From: Tubiluchus corallicola
Lineage: Eukaryota; Animalia; Priapulida
Length of the DNA: 64,000 nt
Reading direction: 5' to 3'
NCBI GenBank assembly: GCA_030141605.1
Contig: JAQGDQ010000423.1
Location: 136,390-200,389, forward strand
Positions within the stretch are counted from its first letter, which is position 1. Every line of letters starts with the position of its first letter. The notes under the pieces were generated by a model. The model was not told the DNA's origin and searched no databases. It worked only from the letters and a program-made list of their open reading frames with translations. The position numbers and the translations under genes are program-made. Shown here in pieces: positions 26,468 to 38,605 of this stretch.

Positions 26468-26962
26468 ATGGATACAAGTGAGACAAAAAGCAATGTACCA
26501 GATGATGAAAATATGCCAGATGATGTTGACGATCAGATTCTGTCCCATCAAGAGGCAATGGAACGAATCAAAGAAGGTCTAGTGAAACTAACTCAAGATC
26601 CATTATTAAGTGACCTACCCGTAGATGTTACGTTAGAAGAAATAAATTCACAGATTGCTCTTGAATATGGTCAGTCGATGACGATAAACGTCCGGCGGGC
26701 GGACGACAAGTTGTATTCCGTAGTTGTTCCTCAAGCAGCTACAGTTAGGGATCTGAAGGCGGCGATTAAAAGACACGTTAATCTGAAACTATTCCGAGAT
26801 ACTTCTCGGCCACAGAAGCACATTAGTTGGAGGTACATATGGAGGACTTACTGGCTCCACTTTGATGGTCAGAAACTTACGGACGATAAAAAGCTAATCA
26901 AAGATTATGGAATCAGGAACAGAGACGAAGTGAAGTTTATAAAACGATTACAGCAAAAATAG
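26468..26962 (+). CDS. SNRNP25: U11/U12 small nuclear ribonucleoprotein 25 kDa protein (ubiquitin-like fold), intronless CDS
   Basis: DPLLSDLPVDVTLEEINSQIALEYGQSMT...VVVPQAATVRDLKAAIKRH...ISWRYIWRTYWLHFDGQKLTDD...DYGIRNRDEVKFIKRL is the SNRNP25 signature. ATG 26468, TAG 26960-26962; upstream acceptor TTTTTTCAG at ~26356. Confidence 0.95.
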   Translation: MDTSETKSNVPDDENMPDDVDDQILSHQEAMERIKEGLVKLTQDPLLSDLPVDVTLEEINSQIALEYGQSMTINVRRADDKLYSVVVPQAATVRDLKAAIKRHVNLKLFRDTSRPQKHISWRYIWRTYWLHFDGQKLTDDKKLIKDYGIRNRDEVKFIKRLQQK

Positions 26963-27021
26963 TCGTACTTAATCATGATTGTGTTTGGCTAGTGATGGAC
27001 TAATTTTTGTGATGCAAAGTT

Positions 27022-27539
27022 CAGGGATGAGAATTTTCCGCGGATACGCGAAATTCCGAGTTTTTGGAAGACCAGTAGTGCCATTTTTGTAAATTGCGTA
27101 AATTCGTTTAGAAAATTTTTATGGACCCAGTACATTATTTCACAAGCTGACTGCTAGTTGGCAGGCCGTCACTTTGTTTACATCACGTACATCAGTGTAA
27201 CCACGTGTATATCTCTATGTATAAAAATATAGAATCAATTATGCAGAGTTATTTTAAGTCAATTGCAGACAGTTTTTATATACTTTTGCGGCCAGTACTT
27301 AGGCGTTTTTGAGACAATTAAGTATCATGTATCCTTGATAGTTGGGTATTTTAAATTATGCATGAAACAAAGTAACTGATATTTTAAGTCCACTTAGAGG
27401 CTCTCTATGGTCACAAAAATGCAATTTGTTGCTGGCTCCAAAGGGGTTTTGCCCCCCTTGAACCCCCATGGGGGCCTACGCCCCCCCCAAACCTCTGACC
27501 TGTTTCAGAGTTTTTTGCAATTTGTCATTCTCATCCCTG
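27022..27539. mobile_element. hAT-like MITE family E (6-bp TSD), 60 bp after the SNRNP25 stop
   Basis: TIR CAGGGATGAGAAT...ATTCTCATCCCTG flanked by AAAGTT/AAAGTT. Inverted copy at 39598-40116 and partial copy at ~52569-52940. Confidence 0.88.
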
Positions 27540-27659
27540 AAAGTTCTGTGTTAAATGTAAGAAGTGTTTGTAGATGTGGCAAAAATCGTCCGATAGTCGG
27601 CAGTGACACTTGAACCCAGTAACTGTGCTTTACTTAAAGTATGTCCTACATCTATTACG

Positions 27660-28240
27660 CCTTACTTTCTAAATAATGCTCAAATAGCTGGAAAAAGTTG
27701 GATCAGAGACTTGGGAGTAATGATTTCTAATGACTTCAAATGGAATTCCCACGTGAATCATATCATTGCAAAAGCAAACTGTTGTATTGGCATGATTAAG
27801 CGGTGTGTGATATTGAGAAATGCGGCAGTAATTATTCCTCTCTATAAAGCTGTTGTTTGACCCATTCTGGAATATGAGTCGGTTGTATGGTCACCCCAGT
27901 ATGCTGCTTTCAAGAATGCTCTTGAAAGAACTCAGGATAGATGTACTCATCTTGCATTGATTTGGATCCCGCTTCAATTTCTACTCTTGAGCAAAGGCAT
28001 GAGACTGTAGACCTTGTGAAATGCTTCAGAATAATTAGTGGAAATACTGTACTGACTGAGGCAGACTTTTCCAGGCCTCACAGAGTTCTTCGTGGTCATG
28101 AGTCTGAGTTATTTGTACGACCAGCTAGAACCAACATCAGATCACATTTCTTTGGGCATCGTGTAGTTCAACCATCTTTCATCATCAACCATGAGTGCTT
28201 CATCAGCTGACAGTTTCAAAAGGCATATGAGAGAGGACCA
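27660..28240 (+). mobile_element. Degenerate CR1/L2-group LINE ORF2 3' fragment
   Basis: IRDLGVMISNDFKWNSHVNHIIAKAN...IPLYKAVV*PILEYESVVWSP...LEQRHETVDLVKCFRII...LRGH...RTNIRSHFFGHRVV; contains a stop and a frameshift. Confidence 0.9.
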
Positions 28241-29200
28241 TTTATAGATAGTTATCATCTAGGTCCTTATTTCTTTGGATAAAGTAATTCAGCTTTTCTA
28301 GTTATTCACATCCTGAATCTACAATTCATGAGGTTCATTTTGATACCAAGTTCATTGCTCTATGTTATTTCTAAGCTGAGATAATCTACGTTGAAGTTGA
28401 GGCGCAGGCTAAAAAAGCGTAACCTTGAGAAAATTGCTGCTAAAGTTAGCCATTGTTTTTTATTGCATTTCTACAAAACACTTAGCACCCGCACAAATTG
28501 TATACACGCACGAATGTGACCAATACACCTCTGTGGACACATAAGTGACACTTCCTCTGCCAGTATGATTTAGTAAGGTAGGCGAAGTACAGTGATTACA
28601 TTTTGTTAAGGGTTTTCTGTTTGTTAAATTTAATATAGCATTTTACAGTTACAAGTGGTGACATCTGGCTTCAATATTTGCATCCTAGTCAATTTTCGGT
28701 CATTCATGTTTCAATGTGTTCATGTGATGACGTGTTTCTGTGTAACTCACGATTTAATGCCAACGATGTATGTAAATTTTATTTAGTTATTTACTGTAAG
28801 TCTCTCATTAATTTCACTTAATCGTAATCGATCTTTTGATAAGAAATGAATTAGTTTATTAAAGGAATTTATATTTATCTTGTTTCAGTTAAAATGTATA
28901 ATTTTGGGTAATGGCGTCTCAGTGTCAGATATGAAGTAAATGACTAAGGGGCATGTGACGTGAAGATGGCATATAAACAATAAACTGTTATGCTGAGCAA
29001 AAATGATGACTTTGTTTGTCACTATAAAACCCAAACACCTTTTACAGTTCAAAAGGGAAATTACAAATTATTTGATGTAAAAACATTAATGCTGTTTTCT
29101 ACCTGAGATTTTAAATGTAATTCTTCTGTGACTGTCATTTTATTATGATTTGTGAAAAAAATCCGAGTCATCAGATATACTTGTGATGCGTTTCTTGCTA

Positions 29201-29652
29201 CAATAAACTCTGCATAACTCATATCTAACCGGACCGTAAAAAAACTTTTTGACTCAGGCGATGTTAGACAGAGACAATGAATTCGAATACACAATGACAA
29301 TAGAGTGATTGTTTTCACGTCGCCGACTGAGACTCACAGAAAGATCAATCCAGGAGAAAATAATCGGGGGGGGGGGGCAGAACTTGTAAGCATTAGAAGT
29401 TTCCCGTATGACAATACTGTTTTTGAGTTGTACGAAAATTTTTATTTTTATTGAGTATAAATTGCATTTTTGAGTTAGGCGGAGTAAATTACATGTATTT
29501 TAATTAAATGGACCATAATTTTTTATTAGGTGAAATTTTGAGTTGTGTATTTTGCGTTAATCGATGTTTTATACTGGAAAAACGAAGGATTTCATCCGTT
29601 ATGCTGAAATTTTTTGAGTTAGGTGAAAATTTGAGTTACGCAGAGTTTATTG
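29201..29652. mobile_element. pogo/Tigger-like MITE family G copy
   Basis: TA-CAATAAACTCTGCATAACTC...GAGTTACGCAGAGTTTATTG-TA. Confidence 0.85.
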
Positions 29653-29883
29653 TATTTGTATTGGCTTAGCGTCTGAACTGTTAAATGAGACAGAATACTG
29701 GAGCATTTAGTTGAAGTACCATAGCAAGATTATGTGCTGACAGAATGCAAAAATATGTAACAAACAAGGGAATGGAGTTCATTTTTGTACATTGAGTGCT
29801 TATTGGAAAAGTATCCAGATTTATAGTAATTGTGATTGTAAACAGTCTAAAAATAGCTTGATTCATAGAAATAGAATTTCCCA

Positions 29884-30989
29884 TTAAAGGAAAAGACTAG
29901 TCAGTTAACATGTTGAGTTTATAAACGCAAGTCACTTAAGATGTTGAGTTTATAAACGCAAGTCACTTAATACGTTGGGTTTATTTTACTGCTATCAGTT
30001 AAACTTAGAAAAAAATCTAACAAAGAAATTTGAAAAAACTGTCTATAAACCGTGAAGTTAATTTATACTACCGCTGTAGAGAAAGTGTGGTGGTAGCCGC
30101 CTTCACTTGAAAATTGTGACGTAACTGGTGGACTTTGTGACTTTTCGTAAGCGCGTCGTGGCTTTCCGTAAGCTCACCCTGCTGAAACTTATTAAAGCTT
30201 CTACAGCTTACCTAATGTTCATGTAAAAATATCACAAATTAGCTACTAATTTTTTGAATAACTTGTTATACTTTTGATGGAAGTTGACATTGCGCTGCTT
30301 TTCTTCAGTGACATCATTGATGGAAGATTGACATAAGTCTGTAGACTTGAATGACGTCATTGTTGGAAGGATGAGCATTCAAATTGGAGCACCCAAGCGT
30401 GAACTTAATGCGACTTTTTTTAAAATGATTTCAGTAATTAAACAAGGCGGATCTCACACTTCGCGCATTTTACTACTACCGTATATACTCGCATATAAGC
30501 CGAATTTAGAACTATAAAATACAATACTGAAATCAGGGGGTCGGCTTATATGCGCATGAAACAAAATGAACACAAGGACAGACACTAATGCCAATTTTCC
30601 AGCCACACATTTTCATCGCTATCTGACTCTTTATTTGGTTGTGTGTCACCAGTGGTGTATTGGAGGGGGATCGTGGGGGATCGCCGTCCACCCACTTTTT
30701 TTAGAAAAAATTCACATTTCAATAAATGTCTGCTTTTTGTATTCATTAGATAAAAAATATTAAAAATGTATAAATATATGTGACAAAAAGGGATCAATTT
30801 TGTTGATTGGGTATGGAGTAAAATTAGACAAGTTGATGGTCGGCTTATATACAGGTTTTTGCAAAAACTGGCCATTTTAAAGCAGTTTTAGGGGGTCGGC
30901 TTATATGCGAGTATATACGGTAAGTCCTTATCAGTTTTGCGAACATTGAACTAAGCCTAACTTTCTAGAAGGCTTGACTTTTCCTTTAA
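29884..30989. mobile_element. TTAA-flanked (Kolobok-like) non-autonomous element family C, interrupted by a nested MITE
   Basis: Termini TTAAAGGAAAAGAC...GACTTTTCCTTTAA; colinear with 32921-34036. Confidence 0.75.
30479..30920. mobile_element. pogo/Tc1-mariner-type MITE nested in family C
   Basis: Perfect 25-bp TIR CCGTATATACTCGCATATAAGCCGA with TA TSD; absent from the second family-C copy. Confidence 0.9.
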
Positions 30990-32920
30990 ATTCTCAAAAA
31001 AAAACGCCGAAAAACGATATAATGTATATATTAATGTCTACATATCTATATTAATCCTATACACAATGCATAATATCATACATTTTCTAACTGCACAAAA
31101 GACTACGAATTTTCTTAGTTGCGTATATACATTTCATGCTCTAACAGGAATAATGTCAACAAAGTTTTTACAAATAAAATGTACAAGCATAATTCAACAA
31201 ACACAAAAAAAGTTCTAAAAAAACGACATCGCTCTTAATTCTTGTTGATGTTAAACATGGCGTCTAAAGATGGCATACGAGATGTTATTAGTTCTTGTAA
31301 CAGTGAAGCACAGTATGCGGTAATGTAAAATTTACATTAATCAGCAAAAGTAATGCACTTATTTGCAAGCCGATCCGAGTTTAAATGCATCAAAAACGAG
31401 TCCATTATAAGCTATGTGATATAAGTTAACATTATTAATGATTGAAGGTCACATATACAGTATAACAGCTAACAATACGAAACAGAAAAATAACCCGTAC
31501 ACACTACAAGCAGTATTTTACAAACATATCAAATCTTTATAACATTTTATTACATAAAGAATAAAGTGATTAAAGCTATCTTTTAGCACGGCGTAAGAGT
31601 TGGCTACAGTTCTCACGTTACACCAAGTAACATAGGAAACACTGAGACTACAATCTTACAAAATAAAAAAACATTCAAAATCTAATGCTACATAAGCAAA
31701 AAATAGTTGTTTTGTTGGTCTGTATGTGTAGCTACATACCTATACTTTAGCCCTTATCAACAACGGGCATATGGCAGTAAAAAATAATATTCTTCGAGCC
31801 CTAAGTTAACATCAACATAAAAAATATACAAGCTAGAAAATCTACTGGATGTATTGCTTAATACGAGGAACATTCTACCGACAACAGGTGTTATAATTAA
31901 TGTCATTAAGACGGCCAACACAATCATTACGCAGATTACAGTATATCTGATCTTCAATTAAATCTTATCGTTATGAAATTAATCATCATTAAAGACGACA
32001 GGAACTAATCAGTTTCGCAGTGAGCTCTATGATGTATACAGCAACATTTTCCATTGTAAAGTAGTCCTAGAGCTCACTGTGCCAACTGTCAAGCATAGTT
32101 TCGTAACATAGCAACACCTGTCCATTGGAGTTAGCAAGATACACTGACCAATTAATAAATCACTGACCAATTAATAAATATCTCTTCGACAAATATTTAT
32201 TACTAGTGTTACTTTAAACCAAACAAAACTGCATTACTGGATGCGAAATTTATCTACATTTTGTCAAATTTTTACATGGAACTTATAGTCAGTTAGTACT
32301 TAAGTATATGCATACTAACAAGCTATCAATTAAGTCAAGAAATTTAAGCTGTCAAGCAATTCCTTGAACTAAAGTCTGGCACACACACGCACTGCGTTTG
32401 ATATAATGCATGAAACGTGAAACACGTTTTAGCAAAAATTCCAAATAACTGCATGGAATTATTCACTTTTACAGCAGATGACGTAACTAATTCAGGAGCG
32501 TTAAGCGTTTACTGTATTTTAACAGGTTCATGAAAAACTGCTAAGCAACAATTATGTTATATTTGATATAAAGCACATACATACAGACTGGCCAAGGTGA
32601 ACAATACACAGGTGCAATGTAACGGGGAACGGCATGAATATTTAGTTAGTTTGGAAGCAATATTCTACATAATTTCTTGCGTAATGTCTTTCTTTTTAAC
32701 GTAATGTCATTTATAACATTTATTACATTTCATTAATATGTAGATTAAGAGGTATCATGTTCTTAATTGTCTTTACAATAATGTCTTAACAATTACTTAA
32801 ATTTTTCTACAGACAATAATACATTGCTGAACTGTTTCTATGCGCAATAATACATTGGTCAAATTTTTCTATGGACAATAATACATTGGTCAAATTTTTC
32901 TATGGACAATGAGATATTAC

Positions 32921-34036
32921 TTAACGGAAAGAACAAACCATACTGTATGTTGGGTTTATTCTACTGTTATCACTTAAACTTGAGTTGTGACTCACTTAAA
33001 CTTACAAAAATCTAACAAAGAAATTTGCAAAGAACTGCCTTTAAAGCATAAATTTAAAACATACTACCGCTGAATAGAAATTTTCAGGCTCGGTGAGTGC
33101 TGCCATTCACTTGAAAGTTATGATGTAACTGGGAGACTTCGTGACTTTTCGTAAGCGCGTTGTAGCTTTCTGTAAGCGCACAGTATGATGTAACTGGGAG
33201 ACTTTGTGACTTTCCGTAAGCGCTCGCTGCTTAAACTAATTCAAACTTCTGCAATTTACCTAACATTCACTCAAAAATATTACATAACTAGTTATTTAAT
33301 TTTTTGTAAAAGCTTATTATACTTTTGATGAAGATTGACAGTGCACTACTTTTCTTCAAGTCAGTAGATTGACAGTGCACTACTTTTCTTCAAGTCAATA
33401 GATTGACAGTGCACTACTTTTCTTCAAGTCAATAGATTGACAGTGCACTACTTTTCTTCAAGTCAGTAGACTGACAGTGCTCTACTTTTCTTCAAGTCAG
33501 TAGACTGACAGTGCTCTACTTTTCTTCAAGTCAATAGACTGACAGTGCTCTACTTTTCTTCAAGTCAATAGACTGACAGTGCACTACTTTTCTTCAAGTC
33601 AATAGACTGACAGTGCACTACTTTTCTTCAAGTCAATAGATTGACAGTGCACTACTTTTCTTCAAGTCAGTAGATTGACAGTGCACTACTTTTCTTCAAG
33701 TCAATAGATTGACAGTGCACTACTTTTCTTCAAGTCAATAGATGGACAGTGCACTACTTTTCTTCAAGTCAATAGATTGACAGTGCACTACTTTTCTTCA
33801 AGTCAATAGATTGACAGTGCACTACTTTTCTTCAAGTCAGTCGACTTGAATGACGTCACTGGAAGAAGAACGGGCATTCAAAATGGGAGCACCCAAGCAT
33901 GAAGTGATCACAACTTTAAAGTGATTTTGCTAGTCACGCGAGGCACATATTGCAATTTTATTACTAAATCTTTCTAACATTTTTCACAAATATTGAAATA
34001 ACCCTAACTTCCCAGAAAACTTGACCTTTCCTCTAA
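32921..34036. mobile_element. Family C copy carrying an expanded 34-bp array
   Basis: Colinear with 29975-30470 and 30925-30989; degenerate termini TTAACGGAAAG...CCTTTCCTCTAA. Confidence 0.75.
33334..33842. repeat. 34-bp minisatellite x~15
   Basis: Unit ATTGACAGTGCACTACTTTTCTTCAAGTCAATAG. Confidence 0.97.
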
Positions 34037-34212
34037 TTTCCTGTATGGACATTGACCAGCACAATGTTCAAAACATTAATTTGTGCGTTGTGCACCAAAA
34101 TTTAATTCTTAATTATTGAATAAATTTCTACACGTGCCGTAACTACATGTATATCACTATATCTATGCGTTTGACTTTGTGCAATCTTTGACAGACGCAC
34201 CACGCCCGTAAT

Positions 34213-34348
34213 TTACACGAATTTATAAACTTCAACGACTTTTGTACAGAAATCACTTCCTGTGCAAAGGGGTGGATTCCCAAATGTATCACAGCCTTCG
34301 GTCCTTCCGTGATCTAACAGCTCTCCAAAATAGATGCCTTGTCCTCTC
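34213..34348 (-). CDS. TBC1D24: TBC1D24/skywalker last coding exon (TLDc C-terminus)
   Basis: Acceptor TTTAATTTCATAG, phase 2; (G)RGQGIYFGELLDHGRTEGCDTFGNPPLCTGSDFCTKVVEVYKFV*. Confidence 0.92.
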
Positions 34349-34560
34349 CTATGAAATTAAAAAAACGTATAGAAGTGCTTGAATTCATCTTGAAGCTACA
34401 TCTTATCTTATTGCATACTGGGTTTGTGTTAACAGTAACACTGTATAAAACTACAGTTGTAAATTTAAACTCTAACACCCAATCGTAAAATACAGTCTAC
34501 AATAAAAACCATATAATATAAAACACATTGGCAAAAACATGCGAATAACATACTACATGT

Positions 34561-34976
34561 AATTGGTCAAGAGGGGGTTGACACTAGCTAACAATGCGCG
34601 ACTTGTGTGATTGAAATTAGTATATGATTTTGCACAAGAAGACCCTTGCTTTATTCACTTATTTATTTTATTCACACCAAATAGTAAAATACAGTCTACA
34701 ATAAAAATGATATAATATAAAACACTTTGACAAAAAACATCAGTAGAAGTGCTTGAATTCATCTTGAAGCTACATGTTATCTTATTGCGCACTGGGTTTG
34801 TGTTAAGAGTAATGCTGTATAATTTAAACACTAAGACCAAATCACAGTCTACAATGAAAAAATATATACACTGTAATATAAAACACGTTGGCAAAAAACA
34901 TACAAATAAAATATTTACAAGAGTGTGGTGAAGACACAAAGAGATTAACTGTTTACATGTGTCTATTGTGTACAAG
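34561..34976 (-). mobile_element. Homologue of 13079-14031 with a single unexpanded 22-bp unit
   Basis: GATTTTGCACAAGAAGACCCTTG occurs once at ~34626-34648. Confidence 0.8.
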
Positions 34977-34980
34977 TACA

Positions 34981-35512
34981 TGCGTTTCTCAACAATCTTG
35001 AATTAATGCTTGCCTTATCTAGTGTGTGCTACGTGCATTTCTCAACAATCGTGAATTAATACTTGCCTTATCTAGTGTGTGCTACGTGCATTTCTCAACA
35101 ATCTTGAATTAATACTTGCCTTATCTAGTGTGTGCTACGTGCATTTCTCAACAATCTTGAATTAATGCTTGCCTTATCTAGTGTGTGCTACGTGCATTTC
35201 TCAACAATCTTGAATTAATGCTTGCCTTATCTAGTGTGTGCTACATGCGTTTCTCAACAATCTTGAATTAATACTTGCCTTATCTAGTGTGTGCTACATG
35301 CGTTTCTCAACAATCTTGAATTAATGCTTGCCTTATCTAGTGTGTGCTACGTGCATTTCTCAACAATCTTGAATTAATGCTTGCCTCATCTAGCGTGTGC
35401 TACATGCGTTTCTCAACAATCTTGAATTAATGCTTGCCTTATCTAGCGTGTGCTACGTGCATTTCTCAACAATCTTGAATTAATGCTTGCCTTATCTAGT
35501 GTGTGCTACATA
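34981..35512. repeat. 53-bp minisatellite x~10
   Basis: Unit TGCGTTTCTCAACAATCTTGAATTAATGCTTGCCTTATCTAGTGTGTGCTACG; starts at the edge of the preceding element. Confidence 0.97.
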
Positions 35513-35814
35513 CATTTAGAGTCTTAATTTCCAGATTACTGTGGATACTGAAGGAGTGATCCACAATAATGGAAATTTTAATTTGACTAAATTCAACATT
35601 CTGAGCGGTTGCACTCGTGAGTGAGCGTTAACAACTGAAGATTGTTAAAGTTTCTCTGATCTGCATTCTGCAAATTACTTTGGAATGAAAATGCAAATCT
35701 ACTTAATAAATCAATCAAACATGAAGCAATTCAAATTGTTATAAAATGTTTCTTAATGTAAAAGACATCATAATCAAATAACCAGAGATCTGACTAAAGA
35801 CATCTTTTCAGTGA

Positions 35815-36416
35815 CAGAGGCGTAGCAAGGTGGGGGCGACAGGGGGGAAATTGCCCCCAGGCGAGAGGGCACAAAATTCTTCTAGAGTTAATGACTGTTA
35901 ATTATTAATTACTAATCCGACATTAATAAAACAATTAACAAAAGTTTTCAAACTACAACAAAATTGCCTAATCAGAGATTATTGTAGCTGATTTAATTAC
36001 TACCTACAGCCTAGAAAAAAGACTAATGTTTTTATTTAACTGCGTGTGTAGAGTGTCATGTAGCTTAGCAGATCGGTAATTTTGGGAGAAACAGTGACGT
36101 TTCTCTAAATGCTGATTGTATTATTGTGAAAACCTGTAGTGTTCTGTATCTTTCATAATCTTTGCATGTTTTAATGCTGGAGCTGAATGTTTAACGACTG
36201 TCGTGTTATAAGCAACTTGTGCATAGAAAAGAGTTACTCTGCTGCAGTACCACAAATTCGTTTATCTTTACCTCATAATATTGAAAAAGGAAAGTCGGGC
36301 TCCGGGACACAAAAAATGAACACAACTTCTGGCTTCACTCATGAAACAAATTATCAAAACATTAAAAGGGAAGGAGCCAGACATTTTTTGCCCTCGGGTG
36401 CCTTGCTACCCCCCTG
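35815..36416 (+). mobile_element. hAT-like MITE family F
   Basis: Starts CAGAGGCGTAGCAAGG and is colinear with 43507-44126. Confidence 0.8.
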
Positions 36417-36425
36417 TTCAATATC

Positions 36426-37460
36426 GACTAGAAATCACACAAGAGCTACTCACCCTCCTCCCATAGTAATCATACTATGATCAGCTGACATAAACATTGA
36501 GCACCCGTGTCCCATCTCACCGGTCGTCAGACCCACCCACGACTAGAAATCACACAAGAGTTACTCACCCTCCTCCCATAGTAATCATACTATGATCAGC
36601 TGACATAAACATTGAGCACCCGTGTCCCATCTCACCGGTCGTCAGACCCACCCACGACTAGAAATCACACAAGAGTTACTCACCCTCCTCCCATAGTAAT
36701 CATACTATGATCAGCTGACATAAACATTGAGCACCCGTGTCCCATCTCACCGGTCGTCAGACCCACCCACGATTAGAAATTACACAAGAGTTACTCACCC
36801 TCCTCCCATAGTAATCATACTATGATCAGCTGACATAAACATTGAGCACCCGTGTCCCATCTCACCGGTCGTCAGACCCACCCACGATTAGAAATTACAC
36901 AAGAGTTACTCACCCTCCTCCCATAGTAATCATACTATGATCAGCTGACATAAACATTGAGCACCCGTGTCCCATCTCACCGGTCGTCAGGCCCACCCAC
37001 GATTAGAAATCACACAAGAGCTACTCACCCTCCTCCCATAGTAATCATACTCTGATCAGCTGACATAAACATTGAGCACCCGTGACCCATCTCACCGGTC
37101 GTCAGGCCCACCCACGCCTAGAAATCACAGAAGAGCTACTCACCCTCCTCCCATAGTAATCATACTATGATCAGCTGACATAAACATTGAGCACCCGTGT
37201 CCCATCTCACCGGTCGTCAGGCCCACCCACGACTAGAAATCACACAAGAGCTACTCACCCTCCTCCCATAGTAATCATACTATGATCAGCTGACATAAAC
37301 ATTGAGCACCCGTGTCCCATCTCACCGGTCGTCAGGCCCACCCACGACTAGAAATCACACAAGAGCTACTCACCCTCCTCCCATAGTAATCATACTATGA
37401 TCGGCTGACATAAACATTGAGCACCCGTGACCCATCTCACCGGTCGTCAGGCCCACCCAC
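36426..37460. repeat. 115-bp tandem array x9 containing the 3' part of a TLDc exon and its GTGAGT donor
   Basis: Units start at 36426, 36541, 36656, 36771, 36886, 37001, 37116, 37231 and 37346; the last unit overlaps the real exon. Confidence 0.97.
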
Positions 37461-37579
37461 GCATACTTCTCCGATTTCGGCCAAACCGTAAAAATGAACG
37501 ACTCTCCGGTGCCAAAATACGTACGAGGATCGTGCCGATGGCGGTCGTCCCAGTCTGTGGAACAGTAAGCACCGAATAT
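37374..37579 (-). CDS. TBC1D24: TBC1D24/skywalker TLDc exon
   Basis: Acceptor TTTGTACACAG; IFGAYCSTDWDDRHRHDPRTYFGTGESFIFTVWPKSEKYAWVGLTTGEMGHGCSMFMSADHSMITMGG(G); donor GTGAGT; 206 nt, phase 0-2. Confidence 0.93.
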
Positions 37580-37901
37580 CTGTGTACAAAAAGAGAAAAT
37601 GTATAAATGATAGAATTTTAAAAAGACCCAATGAAACAGTCGAAGGCAACATTAACACAATGCAGTTAATGAGTTAATGAAAACTCTCTAGACTGATCGC
37701 GCTGCTAGGTTATGTTTCATAAAACTCAAACCCTAGTTGTAAAATCGCTGTATTCGGACTTGCAACGATACATCCTCCGGAGTCCAAATAGCCATTTTCG
37801 TTGCAGTACTTAAGCGAATTTAGTCATGTAATACACGGTTAGAAAGCCTGTGAAATTCTCTATCTAACCATATATAGTTTGTTCCAAAGTAACTTAACGT
37901 T

Positions 37902-38110
37902 GCAGAGTTGGGGTATCTAGTAGGACCATGCAGAGTTGGGGTATCTTGTAGGACCATGCAGAGTTAGGGTATCTAGTAGGACCATGCAGAGTTGGGGTAT
38001 CTAGTAGGACCATGCAGAGTTGGGGTATCTTGTAGGACCATGCAGAGTTAGGGTATCTAATAGGACCATGCAGAGTTGGGGTATCTAGTAGGACCATGCA
38101 GAGTTGGGGA
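37902..38110. repeat. 28-bp minisatellite x~7
   Basis: Unit GCAGAGTTGGGGTATCTAGTAGGACCAT, flanked by direct repeats at ~37723-37875 and ~38135-38250. Confidence 0.93.
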
Positions 38111-38605
38111 AACACATCCCGTCGCTCAAAAAATAACTCAAATCCTAGTTGTAAAATCACTGTATTCGGACTTGCAACGATACTTAAGCAAATTTAGTAG
38201 TGTAATACACAGTTAGAAAGCCTGTGAAATTCTCTATCTAACGATATATACATTTCGAGAATACGGAACATGGCACGCGTTGCACGGACTTTCGAAAACT
38301 AACTTCGACTTGCCATATCACTTCAAACAGATTTTGTGAGTATAATATTACATTTCTGCACCAAATTTTTGGAATAAAATATCAATTTATGTCACAGCAC
38401 ACCAGAAATTATATGACTTTAAAAGATACATAAAAACTCTTCCGCTCAGTTCCTAGTTATGATGCATTTTTGAGTTTTGCCGTGAAGTGCGATAGTTACA
38501 GTACGTCCCGCGATTGGCTACTTAACAATTCATATTTTTGCATCATTAGTTTGCTATTAAATTTCTTCTCTCTTTTTGTCTATTATTATTTGTTCTGTTA
38601 CTTTA

